Assembly (NCBI GenBank): GCA_051294375.1
Contig: CM119267.1
Coordinates: forward strand, 15,788,105-15,852,104
From: Paraspadella gotoi
Taxonomy: Eukaryota; Animalia; Chaetognatha
Direction: 5' to 3'
Length of the DNA stretch: 64,000 nt
Shown here: positions 1 to 12,500 of the stretch, piece by piece
How the letters are laid out: every line of letters begins with the position of its first letter
How positions within the stretch are numbered: position 1 is the first letter of the stretch
The notes under the pieces: generated by a model
What the model was told of the DNA's origin: nothing
Databases searched by the model: none
What the model saw: the letters and a program-made list of their open reading frames with translations, nothing else
Translations under genes and position numbers: made by a program

Positions 1-927
1 ACGAAAAAACGGCCACAAATCCAATGACAGTATTGTATGGACCGTATATCAACTGCAGCAAACAAAGTTCAAAAAGAGAATCAGACGGTTTTGAGATAAC
101 TTGTTTTGTCAAAAAAAACCCTCATCCAATTGAAGCAGACATAAAGCTGTGGATAAAGCTTGACCAAGAATTAAAACGACCTACATCTGAAATATTGTGG
201 AAAACTTACGACGTTAGGGTAAGATTGTTGCTGAATGAAAATTAGTATTCCTATAAAAAATAAAATTCTTTCAGGATAAAAAAAGTGCCGTAGTTATTAC
301 CGTAGCTCGAAGTTACCTTCGCAATCGTAAAACGCTGAAGGTAATTATATCAGTTGGATCATCTGTTCGAAATGACGGCGATGACATAAGTCATGAAGTA
401 ATATTCAAGTACGAAGAGACTGAAAGCGAAATGGACATCGGCTTGATCGCCGGCGCGAGCGTTGGTAGGTTTGCAGAATAAACTAATTATTTTTAAGGAA
501 TACGTTATTACTGCTTTGCTTTTGATCAGGAGCGGCGTTGTTTCTAATGCTCGTGATACTTTGGATATTGTTGGTGGTAAAAGGATCCGTTTGCAAAAAG
601 AAAATATCAAGGAAAGAGACCAAAATCAACGCAGGCGAATTGACGCGGAGAGCGAGGGATGACGCGCGCGACGGAACGCCGCCCGGTAATAAAAATCTGT
701 AATCACTACCCTGAAACTTTAAAGATGTAATAATTCCTATTCCGAAACTTAAAGTGACTTTGAACGGATCAATGAACGGATACGTCAATCAAGTCGCTCC
801 CAACGACCATGGTCTTGTGTTCGCCAATTTGAACTTCACTCAACATCAACCACGAAGCCGTGCACCAATCGTGGACTTTAACCGTTATGAATTCGAATTA
901 GATCCAAACAGACTAGCAGCTGTCTAG
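1..927 (+). CDS. 3' part of a spliced gene for a type I single-pass membrane protein, probably with an Ig-like ectodomain (5' end lies outside the window)
   Basis: Phase-consistent GT-AG exons <1-218, 275-464, 530-685 and 725-927. They translate to ...TVLYGPYINC...FEITCFVKKNPHP (resembles Ig-domain VLYxP...CxxxxNPxP), a TM segment IGLIAGASVGAALFLMLVILWILLVV followed by basic KGSVCKKK, and a cytoplasmic tail ending ...HGLVFANLNF...DPNRLAAV* (TAG 925-927). Confidence 0.7.
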
Positions 928-1533
928 ATAACTCTTTTTAGCAATCCGTATATTTGCACTTTAAAATGCTTTTCCCAAAACATGAAATATTTGATGTAGT
1001 AAAATGTTAATTTAAATTGTTGGACCCTTGAGTTATACCAATGAAAATATGACGTTCGTTTTCAATATTAAACTTGATGTGAACAGGAGCCGACCGAAAG
1101 GCTGTAATTCTAACCTTTTCTTCAATCAGTAAGGAGTTCCGTAATCCAAAATTTATTTATCCATCATACTTATTACTTAATCAATATTTACTATCACTAA
1201 CTAGTGAAGCATAGTATAACATTTAAACATTTATAAATGCATTGCATAGGCAATAAATTATTTTTTTTAAAACGCAATCAGATATCCCATAAAAAGTTAT
1301 CTCCACATTTGGATTCATTTCAACATTTCAACATTTGGATGATAATTGGGTTAAATAAGGAGAAAACCATAAAAATCATCATTATACCATAATTTTTAGT
1401 TTTGCTAATTTTAATCGATAAAACAAAAATTTAGAATTCTTGCAATAATACTTTTTATTTTTTCAAGCTTTACCAAAATCCGTTTTAAAAATTATGAATT
1501 AAAAAACATTTTTCTTATGATTTATAATAATAC

Positions 1534-1750
1534 TATGGACTAAATTCCACCAACCGTTCATCAGCGGTCATTGGTGCAGGAGGCAAGTCATTCGTCTCCC
1601 AAACCAAAGGTCCATGGTCGCCTAGCAGTTAAGAGGGACGGGGCGCTTAACCCGCCTGTAACACGGTGTTACAGCCGGATCCGAATCTCAGGGACTGCTT
1701 ATATTGAACGGTTCTGTCACTAATTCATAACAATAATTACTGTCTCTTCA
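1534..1750 (+). mobile_element. Solo LTR of the TRIM at 33078-33715
   Basis: Close match to both LTRs at 33078-33309 and 33495-33715. Flanked by the 4-bp duplication ATAC (1530-1533 and 1751-1754). A paralogous empty site with a single ATAC is at 23462-23465. Confidence 0.85.
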
Positions 1751-1920
1751 ATACGATAAATTTTAAATACTTCCATGTTATTAACTAAACGAAATTCAAA
1801 AGCATTTTAAGATTTTATGTAATCTCTCAGGGATACTAACGTTATTTATATTACAGAACTCTTAGTTTTTACCTTGTTCCGCCTTAGTTTAGAAATTTAC
1901 ACGGCGTCGAATTAGTTTGA

Positions 1921-2662
1921 AACAAGTTTGAGCAAACAATGTCGGATCTGCCCACGATCATTATCGGTAATTAATTAATTAATAATTAATTCAAGTTAAT
2001 TTTTTAATTAATTAGGCAATTAATTAATTTGATCCAAAATATTTGTTTTGATTGATTAATTGACTGATTAATTAATTATTGATTAATTAATTGACTAATT
2101 GATTAATTAACTGATTAATTATTTGATTAATAATACATCTTGCATTTACATTTAAAAGAAAAAGAAAAAAGCATAAACAATTAGTGCAACAGGGTCTTGG
2201 TTTTTTCCATTTAAACTCATTTCCACTCAAACGATTCCATCGAAACCTGATTTCCAGTTTAACCACACACTTTTCTACCCAAATACAAAATTTGAAGTCA
2301 ATCGCCCCATCCACTAATGAGTAATTGGTGTTCAAATAATGAAATATATTTTTTTGTTTTTTCCATTTAAACTCATTTCCACTCGGACGATTCCATCGAA
2401 ACTTCATATTCAGCTCAATCATACACTTCCCTACCCACACACAAAATTTCATTCCAATCCATCTATCCAATCACAAGTTATTGGTGTTTTTTGCTAAGGA
2501 GGGACGGACGGACGGACGGACAGACAGACGGACAGTTTTTTTTGCATAATTTATCATAATTCGATGTTCTGACATGATATAAGTGAATGCCCGACAAGAT
2601 TGAGGGGGCGGACCGACAAAGTGAATTATCGAATCGGGATCTGCTGAAAGCAAATCCGACTA
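1921..2662. mobile_element. Non-autonomous Helentron/DINE-1-like (HINE-type) element, copy 1
   Basis: Starts AACAAG, has a subterminal inverted repeat gtcggatctgc...gcaaatccgac, a (GACG/GACA)n microsatellite at ~2500-2533, a terminal stem-loop and an internal duplicated block (~2200-2300 and ~2355-2460). Homologous to 2773-3333. Confidence 0.65.
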
Positions 2663-2772
2663 AAAAGTTACCGATGAAAGGAAAGAATGAATTACTTACA
2701 TAATTTTATTTAACATTCGCCAAAATAAAACTTTGTTATGAATCGTAGAATCTTCAATGCCAATTTTAGTTA

Positions 2773-3333
2773 AACAAGTTTGAGCAAACAATGCCGAATC
2801 AGCCCACGATCATTAGCGGTAAGCAGCTGATCAGATGATTAATTAATTAATTAATATTATTTTTTTTTATTTGTGTCAAAATCTTTTTCCACTTTGTCTC
2901 GCCTCTCAATCACAAAACAACAATCTTAATCACAAAATAAATTAATTACAAATAATTATTAATTAATTAATTACTTATTTATTAATAATTGATTCATGCA
3001 GCTAGAATTTACATTTAATATCAAATTAAAAAGCATAATCAAATAGCGAAATAGATTGTTTTTTCCACTGACGATTCCATCGAAACTTGATTTCCAGCTC
3101 AATCACACACTTTCCTACTCACACACAAAATTTCATTCCAATCCATCTATAAAATCACAAGTAATTGGTGTTTTTTGCTAAGGTAGGACAGACGGACAGA
3201 CAGACACGAACAGACATTTTTTTACATAATTTATCATAATTCGATGTTCTGACATGATATAAGTGAATGCCCGACAAGATTGGGGGGCGGACCGAATTAT
3301 AGAGCCGGAATCTGCTGTAAGCAGATCCGGCTA
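2773..3333. mobile_element. Non-autonomous Helentron/DINE-1-like element, copy 2
   Basis: Same AACAAGTTTGAGCAAACAATG start, GACA microsatellite at ~3186-3215, and terminal hairpin GCCGGAATCTGCT-GTA-AGCAGATCCGGC. Confidence 0.65.
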
Positions 3334-3505
3334 ATAAATCGTTTTCAATCGAATTGAAACTGGAGTATGTTTTTTTTCTAACAAAAACCTAAAAGGTTCT
3401 TTGAGAAGAAATGACAACTTGAATAATTTAATTTGCATTTGACCGTACAGCGGAGTGAAGCGCACGCCGATGTATGTAGTATTTCACTTTTTTCGAAAAT
3501 CCCTC

Positions 3506-6500
3506 ACCTGAAAAAGGGATTTTACGTTGGGTTGGAAGACGAGGTTTGGATGAAGCAAAAAAGATCTGATAATTGGCTGAGGATACGCAGCGAGCCGAAT
3601 GATAAGTCCAGTTAGCAAAAGATTGACAGAATAGGAATTGTGCAACATTCCCTCTAATTTTAACAAAAGGCCCTAAAATTAAAAGACCAATAAAATACTT
3701 TTGAAACCGGGTTGATATTGATGTTAACGCGGAGAGAAAGAGACCTGCAAAAACGGTCCGATTGTGTTTCCGAAAGCAGCATTTCTTTCTTTTTCAGTCG
3801 TAACCATATCGTGCAAACTGGCAGAGGAAGAAACTGAGGAATCATGAAACAAGTGCGATGAAGTTCTGTAACGAAGTAATGGATTACATTTCTGGAGTAC
3901 AAATCTATTTTGGTCACTAACTAAATATAAAAACATAGTACCTGGACGGTTTCAAAGGTTCCACGACAGACTTAACTTCAACAATATTTGGCTCCATAGA
4001 ATGCGGATCGTTCACGGATGAATTTCGAGTTATTTTTTCTAAAGCTTCGGAAGCGCCTTCGGACGCTGGGCCAGCGAATTGGGACAAGGGATCTTCTTGT
4101 TCTTAAAATTAATTCAATAGATTTTTTTAAATTTGAAAATCCTTATGAATAAGTAGAGTACACTAAACGTGCCTGCGATAACAGTTTTAGATTCTTCTTT
4201 GTCGGGGTTAACTCTCTTCAAACAACTTTCGGTCGGTATACAAGCTTCGTTTTGTTGCCTCCATTCTTCGATGCCTGCGATCAGGCATTCCAATTCGGCA
4301 ATCGTCTCTTCGATGGCTATATCACAGATATTTGAGGGCGTGGCTGCTCGTTCAAGGACACTAAACCAAAGAATATTATGCAATAAAAATAAAATAAAAA
4401 TTTAAAAATAAAAGTTAGTAATATAAATATTATAACGCAATCTCAGCACCTTGGGATAGGAGAAAATCTTGAAAGATTGGTCTCATCTCTCTCATTTTCC
4501 ACGGGTTCCACGGACCCAGACGATTCACAGGGTGATATCGCGGCTGAGGTTGATCCACTAGAGAGAAAAGAATTAATTTTTACGTCTTTGTTTCTGATTC
4601 CTTTCTGTGCTAGGGTATTGCAAACAAAACTTGAGGGGTATTGAAGGTGTGAAGTAATAGAGGGAAAATAATGGTGTATTTCGCGAAGAGTAGAAACGAG
4701 AGAATGTATCGCTAGACAAAATATACTGAGGGGCAGGAGGAGGAGGAAAAAGAAGAAGAGGAAGAGGAGAATTGGACGGCAGGCCAAATCCTCCTCTGCA
4801 AAAAATACTGACCTTGTTTCGACAGTAACGCCTTCAAAACCACTGTCGCTAGGAGGCGCTTTCTTTCTTTTTTTGTCTGGAGTTCCGACGTTCTCGTCAT
4901 CGCTGTTGGTGTCTTGCGTGGTAGCCAGACGCTGGATACTGAACTCGGGTATCGTGAAGTCGTCCGTCCTGGGGAGTGAGGATAGTTAAGGATTAAATGG
5001 GAAAATTGATTCATAAAAAGATCTGGTTGGCACAGTCGCTTACATTTAAAATTATAGTAACAGTTTGGTTCAGGCGATTAAAACTAATGCTTAAAAATCT
5101 TAAAAGTATAATGATTCCGCCAAACGTTACTATCAAAAAAAATTATAAACAGATTCATGCGACAACGAATTATTGATGTGATAGTAATTGATTATTGATG
5201 CAATAATAATGAATTATTGATGCAATAATAACAAATTATTGATACGATGATAACCCATTGATTTTATAGTAATTGATTGATATAATAGTAATTGATTGAT
5301 GTAATAGTAATTGATTGATGTAATAGTAATTGATTGATTTAATAGTAATTGATTAATATAATAATAATTGATTGATTGATGTAATAGCATTTGATTATTG
5401 ATACGATAATAATCATTCATTGATCCGATGATAATCATTCATTGATGCGATAATAAACATTCATTGATGCGATAATAAACATTCACTGATGCGATGATAA
5501 TCATTCATTGATGCGATGATAATCATTCATTGATGCGATGAGTCAAACAAATTCGTGTATGAGTGAGAGAGAGAGAAATCCAGCTGCTGCAGAGCTCAAC
5601 TCATCTTTAAACAAATCAGATGAGGCAGCGACTGAGAAAGAGGGAGAGAAATATATAATTTAAAGAAATAATAAAAAAAATTGTTACAATTGTTTACAAT
5701 TGGAAGTTGAAGTATATATTTTTATTCGTATTAAAATTTAGATATAGCTTCTCATCATCAAAATCTTTTAAATTGTCACGTTTCATATGAATTTAAATAT
5801 TTTTTGTATGAACTTCCTCAATATTATGATTTCCTGCAATATGCGAATTAGAATATAGTACTATATACTAATTGCATATTACAGTAGGTACTATATTCTA
5901 ATTTCTATATTGCAGTAAATCATAATGAAAAAGAAATTCAAACAAAAAATACTTGAATCGATATGAAACATGTGATATTAAAAGATCTTGATGTTGAAGA
6001 GCTATATCTAAATTTTTAGCTTCCTATGCATGGTGACACACTTTTACAATTTCCAATTGTAAAAAAAAGCGTGACCACGACGATAACGACGGCACAAAGA
6101 AGAAGGTGCGAACATCTCGCCCAAGTCGGGCCTTAACCCGTCTGGCGAGATAAAAAGCGTGACGACGACGACGTAACAAAAAAGCAATAAACGGCCCGTC
6201 TGGCGAGATAAAAAAGAATTTTAGCATTTGAAACAGTAGTTTGATAATGTGCCGAATAAACGCCAAAACGACTACGCACGTAAAGAACCTGGGTGGGAGC
6301 GGAGCAATATTTATAATTTTTTTCGCATCGTCGCTGGCCGGCGGACCCCGTGACAAAATCGCGCTCTCGTCGTAGGACGACGACCAATAATTAGAGGCAG
6401 CAGCGCATTCGGCGACGCACTTCCGGGCGTCGTGAAGGTACTGAGAATTTATGTCACGAAAACACGTTAGGGAAACAAAATTCGATCCGAGAGAGGAGAG

Positions 6501-9500
6501 GTTACCTGAAGGTAACTCAGTTCCGGAGGGATTTTCTGTGGTTGGGTGGATCCCGCGAAGCTTTCGGTTGAAGCCAAAGATGAGAATGAACCTCGCCTGC
6601 TCGTTCGATACCCAGCGCCGGAATAAGCACCAGAATATGGTTGAATGGAAGAGATGTTGTCGAACCTATGTAAGGAAGAAATAGAAAAATTGAAATGTCA
6701 AAAAGAAAAATCATGATAAGACAAGGGGATCCTGAAAGTCCAAGATTTCACCAATGCACCATCATCACTATAATGATTACTTCCGGGTATAAGATTAACG
6801 AAAAAAATCAACTCATTTCTTTTTTTTATTTGATTCGGTTGATTAAAAAAGCGGATGAAGAATAAAGAGTCTTACTCGGAAAAGTCAGTAAAGAACATAT
6901 CGTCATTGCTAATTTGTTCGTCAGCCTCGATAAAACTAGTTTGCGCAGTTGGTTTCGAATATGGCGTGGCTAGAAATGGAAACGCTGGAGAGACAAATGT
7001 TGTTGATGTTAAGGCTCTCAACCTCAAGTCATAGGCCGTTCATTTTTGTAAATTAATTTTGCCTGGAAGGGACGAGGTACTTCCTAATCTGGTTTTCCTA
7101 GGAAAGAATCGTCTTTCGATTCCCGGTGAAGGTTTATGAGTTGCGTAAACAAAACCCAAAGGGCGTCTGCAGTAGAAAAAAGCTACGTTTCGAAGATCTA
7201 CTGCAGCCGGCTTCGCTACTACAACTGTCGTGCCTGGAATGAACCGGCGCCAAAAGTGGACGGTCCAGGACGACGTCAGACGATTTAACAGCGGCACTCA
7301 AGTTTGCGATGGCGTCTTGCGCCAGTTCCAGGGCGAATTCGTCCTCGTCCCGTGAATTGGATGGGTCTGTCCCAACAAAAGGTAACTTTATTAACGAAAT
7401 TTTTTTAGGAAAATACTGATTTCCAATCAAACGCAAATCATTTCAAGATGACGGTACTAATTTCCCAAATAATTCTTCAATTTTCAATGTTGATGGAAGG
7501 AAGATTAGCGTCTCTAGTATGTACTTATTGATTCTTGGAACAAAGGGCTCGGTTGGCGAACGTCAAGTTCCACAACTGCAAATGAAAGACTTCCATGCAA
7601 TTTTTCTATTTCCTGCTACACTGTGCTACAGCGTACAGTCGAGTCAATTCACACCTTCCGAAGTCAAGAGCTGGAGCGGTATTGTCATTGCATCAGAGTC
7701 TTTTATATCATTAATTTCATTTCCTTTTTCCTCGACATCGAATTCTTGAAAATGTGGTATTTGCCCGCAAGTATTCTTAGTTGAAGAGAGACCGTCAACT
7801 TGTTGGGATGAGCTCTAAAGCGAGAGGCAACGTAAAATAATTTAACGAAACCGTATTTCCTCACGGCATGAATGTTCTAAGCAAACCTTGGAATTTTTCC
7901 CATTCAATTTGAAAGAAATAAAGTTTTCTTCTTCTTGATCACCATCCAAATATTCTTTGAGATGTTCCCTGAATGACAACTAAGGAGCAAGTGGGGTATG
8001 GATCAAGGTAACAGACGACGATAAGGAAAAAAAAAGTTCCCCCCCAAAAAATTTTGTAGCGACACGTTGTAGAGGTCCCAAGTCACTCGAAACTGATAAT
8101 TGATTTTGGATTCAATAACAAGTAAAACGGTTAACAATAGCCTGTGATGCCCATTGGGATGGGACACTGTTGCCTTTAGGAGCTCCCGACCCTCAGTGGC
8201 CCACTTGCGCGGTTGTAATCCTAGGACAGTCTCGCTTTGCCAACAGAGGGAAGTCGTTAGGACTGAGGTTAGAATGCACGGTTGGTATGGTGCATTCACA
8301 CAATGAGCCATTGGGATTGGCCGAATGAAGTCGGAGGCGAGACGGTGTGAATATACCGCCACAGGATCCCCGAGAGGTGTCTGACAACACTGCTACTATA
8401 GTAGGGGAGAGAGTGTTTTTCAGTGGGGGTATAGGCGTTTGTCATAGCATACCCAAAGTTGGAAGGGAAATAGTGTTTGTTGTTGTTTACCTTAAAAGGT
8501 GAGTGTTCAAGAGTAGGGCTAACCACTTATAGCAACAGCCGGGTTGCCTGTGATGCCCATTGGTATCGGGCATCTCACTCATGGCTTTAGGGGCTTCCGA
8601 CCCTCAGTTGCGCCACCTGCCACTGGCGCGGTTACCCTAAGACGGTGTGAATATACCGCCACAGAACCCTAGTTTTTTATTTTTCCTCAGACATAATTCA
8701 GACATAATTAAAGCTACAGATCACATTACAGATCTTATAAAATTAACAAATGTACCACCGCTACTTTTTGTTGATGAAGCGTTACACACGTTTCACTGTT
8801 TTCACGAAAAATCCGATTTCAACGTTTGTACTGATCTATGAATTTTAGGAATAAAAGATTTTATCAGCAAGCGTCTGCTGTCACAAAACTATACCCTTTT
8901 GGCCAGGAGGGACTTGTTTGCAATGCCAGGAAGAGAAGCCTGTTCGGAGACACCTCTGTCTCCTCTGCAATAACCGAGGGTCACGGATAAAAGAAAAGAT
9001 TACTACAGACTAACAGCGTAACAAAACGGAGGGAATAATTTACCTTGAAAACTCCATCGTTAAGTTGTGCGACTCTTCATCTACGACGCAACAAGCAGGG
9101 ATCATAGAGAGAAACTTCTCTGGAGCAGCCTGTAAATGATTTAAACTCGGTTACGTAACAATTAAACAAAAAGAAACATCTTATAGTTTATTACTTCTTT
9201 TAAGTTTTAAGCAAAATAACCAAAAAATATACAAAATACGAAATTTTGTGTGGTTACGTAACTACAGGGAGGTCCAGGTCTTTTGGAAAAATATTTTAAA
9301 AAATATTTGAATGTGCAAATAATATAATATAATCAAAATTGCAGCAAATGTAAAAAAAATGTTTGCGCAATAGGGTAGTACGGGGTAATTCAGAACACTT
9401 TTGGAAGTAATTAAATTTTTCGCATAGTAAATTTATTTAAAAAAAAAATTTCTGGTGATATATCTAAATATATATCTAAATACATTTTTAACAGATAAAA

Positions 9501-12500
9501 TAATACCTGCAAATATGTTTCGATCTCTGGTAACGCACCCTTCCCCGAAGCCGCGGCGCGGGACCGTTGAGACGCCATTACGTGGTCAAGGGGCAACAGG
9601 TATTTGAGGACTAACTGAAGCATCACGTCTTCTCGGTTTAAATCAACGAGCGTCTTGAAGAGTGAAAGCGAAACCGCACACAACTGCACGAATGCGTTTA
9701 TAATTTTTATCCATCCTTGTTACAGAACGGAAACAAACCGGAGAATCTAGACCACTTGCCTTTGAATTGCTGTTGATTCTGGTGATGAGAGAATCGAGAA
9801 TGACGATCTCGTCGTGTTTTTCCGTGAGAATAAAGCGCAGAAAAGTAGACAACAAAGAAGGTTCGGTGATCGTGCGAAGGAACAAGTCCAAGTAGGCAGT
9901 CGCAGTAGCCACCTCTTCCAACGAGTTCTAATGGGCAATTGAAAGTTAATTTACGTTATTATTTTTTTTTTCAAGATGTTGAGATCAAGGCAAGTTATGA
10001 AAAGCAAAACAACTGCAAACTGTTACATTAATGTAATGTCAAAAAAATAAAGTTCTGCGCTGCGCTAAAAGCCAATAAAGGGAAACGGTCCTCGTAAAAG
10101 AAAGACGGATTCCGTCGGACCCGCAATCAGCAACCGTCTTTCACAAAATTTCGAAAACTTCTGATCTGAAGGTAGGGCCGCGACTATTGGTATCTTCATG
10201 TGATTCCGATTTAGAGTTGTTACGAATGAAAGCTAACTCCGTTACCGATTTTTCCCCCAAAAAGTAAGATGATTACGAATATATACACACTATGGAATTA
10301 ACTTTGTTAGTGATACAGCGTTTTAACCCGCCAGAACGTCAAAACTTTGGCCATGCATATTGCATAATCCAGTGACATGAAAGCAAGTGTTGTAATCCTA
10401 TTAAATTACAATCAAGCATAAAACAGAATCTTTCAAAGCAAAGAGAACTGAAAGAAAGCTTTGAGTTTGATAACTAAGTAAAACCAAAAAAATGTTAAAT
10501 TTTTCATCATATACCTGTATCAAGTTCCAATTGTGAAACCACTGACAAAAAAAGTTTAACAAGCTACATGAGTACAATAGATTGGATAAACATACGACAA
10601 AGGTTACCACAGAAATTCATATTTATTCACACATACTCTAAGAGCATCAACAATTTGAAAACTAAACGAACGATGCACATTGCACAAACACAAACAAAAT
10701 CAAAAAATGACTGATTGAGCGTTCCGACCGTTTGTTCTAAAGCATATATCAAAGTTCAAAAAACACTTCGACACGGTTTTTATTCATGCTAAGAACATAG
10801 AAGGTTATATAATTTATATTATACAATAATAAATATTCATGCTCAGGGTTAAATTCAAAAGTGGATACAAACCAGAGATGCGTTTGACTGGAGAATTGAG
10901 GGGATGCCTTCAAGATCCTGTTAAGTTCAAAATACAAGGGTTCAGAGAGTAATCAGGTTTGAACTCGAAAAGGAATTGATATCCTTAAATGTATTTAACT
11001 TGCCTTGATCCCAAAATACATAAATATAAAGTTATTAACACGCCGAGAAACCTACCTGATGCAACGCAGGCCCGATAACGGGAACAAGGAAACCGTTGTA
11101 GACGAAATCAAGTAATTTGGCTTTTACAGCTGGATGCGCGGCCTGTGTGACTGCGTTGCAAAATTCGAGAGAATTAAGGAATTGAAGGAGATCCGGAATT
11201 TGGGCAGCATCCTCCTGGTATATGAGAATAAAGAATGGCAATAAATTTTCGCTCACAAATGAAACGTCATGACTTATCTTACCTTCGTTAAATGGCACCA
11301 CTGATCGGGTGAAGCTCCAATAATAGGCGAGAGTTTTCTCGGAAGAGACGAATATAGACCGGATAAGCCGGTCGCCAAAACAATGCAGAAGTTCGAATGC
11401 TCCTCGGATGCGATGAATCTTATGAAAAATTGCAAGATTACTTGTTTTACTATATTAGACTAAATTGGATTAAGTTTTAAAATGAATGTAAAAGTTTAAT
11501 CTTAAAACACTTATTTATTTAATGCTTTTGTCAGAGCATAAAATATTTTTCAGACCTTCCTATATGGGGATGTCTCGACGACAAGGACATGATTAGTAAA
11601 AGAGCATCCCGAGCTGTTTGGCCCAAATGACCTTCTTTGTGCGTATAAGGAATCAACAGAGAAAATATCAAAAACGATTCATTGACAAATTCCCTTAAGG
11701 AAAAAAGATCTATTAGTGAATGTTTGCATCAAGTAATTCGGTTTCTTTTAACATCGCACCTGCTTATCGCAATGGAAGAATTAAGGCTTGGAAGAAGTTG
11801 AGAACTTTCAGAAGAGGACCTACAAAAATGTCACGAAAATTCATTTGGAGCGGCGAGACAAGAGGATTGATAACAGCTGCAGGGTTACGAACTTAAGATA
11901 GAATTGATGGCTTGCCAACCTTAACTAATAACAACGTATATATACTATATTATATAGTAATATATAATTTATTACTATTATTATACTATTATCCGCCCCA
12001 CTTTATCTTGAGTAGCAGTAAAATAATAGGGCAAAATTGTACTTTCGCCGACCGGGGTTTGGGCGTTTTTTGAAAAACTACTTAATACTTATTTTTTTAA
12101 AAAACCACCTTAACCCTCAGCTCCCCCTCACCGCGGTCGGAAAAAATAAAATTAACACAATAATAGAATTCCTTGATATTTAAAGAGATCACTCACTTTG
12201 ATTCTAAATCTGTCGTATTTTTGTCAACTCCATTGATCGATTTTCGGTTCGTGACTGGGAAACCAAAGTAATTCAAATTAATTAGTGTCATTTTTTTTTC
12301 GCCTCCGGCATCACAAGAAATACTCAATTTTCCATTAAGCAATAAAATAAAGGCGGTCAAGCCAGTATGGCACAATTTTACTTTCGCCGCCTGGAACCAA
12401 CCCAGTCGGTTATTTTTTACTCTACTTTAAATTTGGGATGACGACCGGTTAGGGGGAGCTAAAGGTTAGGTGTGGTTAGCGTTAAGAAGGTTATCTTTTT

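Noticed and set aside
2695-2730. Minus-strand ILANVK resembling the missing FHIP exon start
   Set aside because: Immediately followed by a stop codon and lacks an in-phase acceptor; probably chance.
5170-5542. Repeat array as a possible CRISPR
   Set aside because: No unique spacers and no cas genes. It is a degenerate minisatellite in a eukaryotic intron.
6055-6220. Short duplicated cccgtctggcgagataaaaa and aaaaagcgtgac motifs with overlapping ORFs
   Set aside because: A local intronic duplication with no coding or structural signal.
8240-8672. Resemblance of GAGGGAAGTC and ACAGAACCC to RNase P CR-I/CR-V, and possible hammerhead, HDV or twister cores
   Set aside because: No P4 pairing between the motifs and no complete ribozyme core could be built. 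Multiple dispersed copies with Helitron-like ends fit a TE better.
10100-10142. Hairpin GAAAGACGG...CCGTCTTTC in a FHIP intron (snoRNA/miRNA candidate)
   Set aside because: Only a 9-bp stem, with no convincing C/D or H/ACA box arrangement on the host strand.
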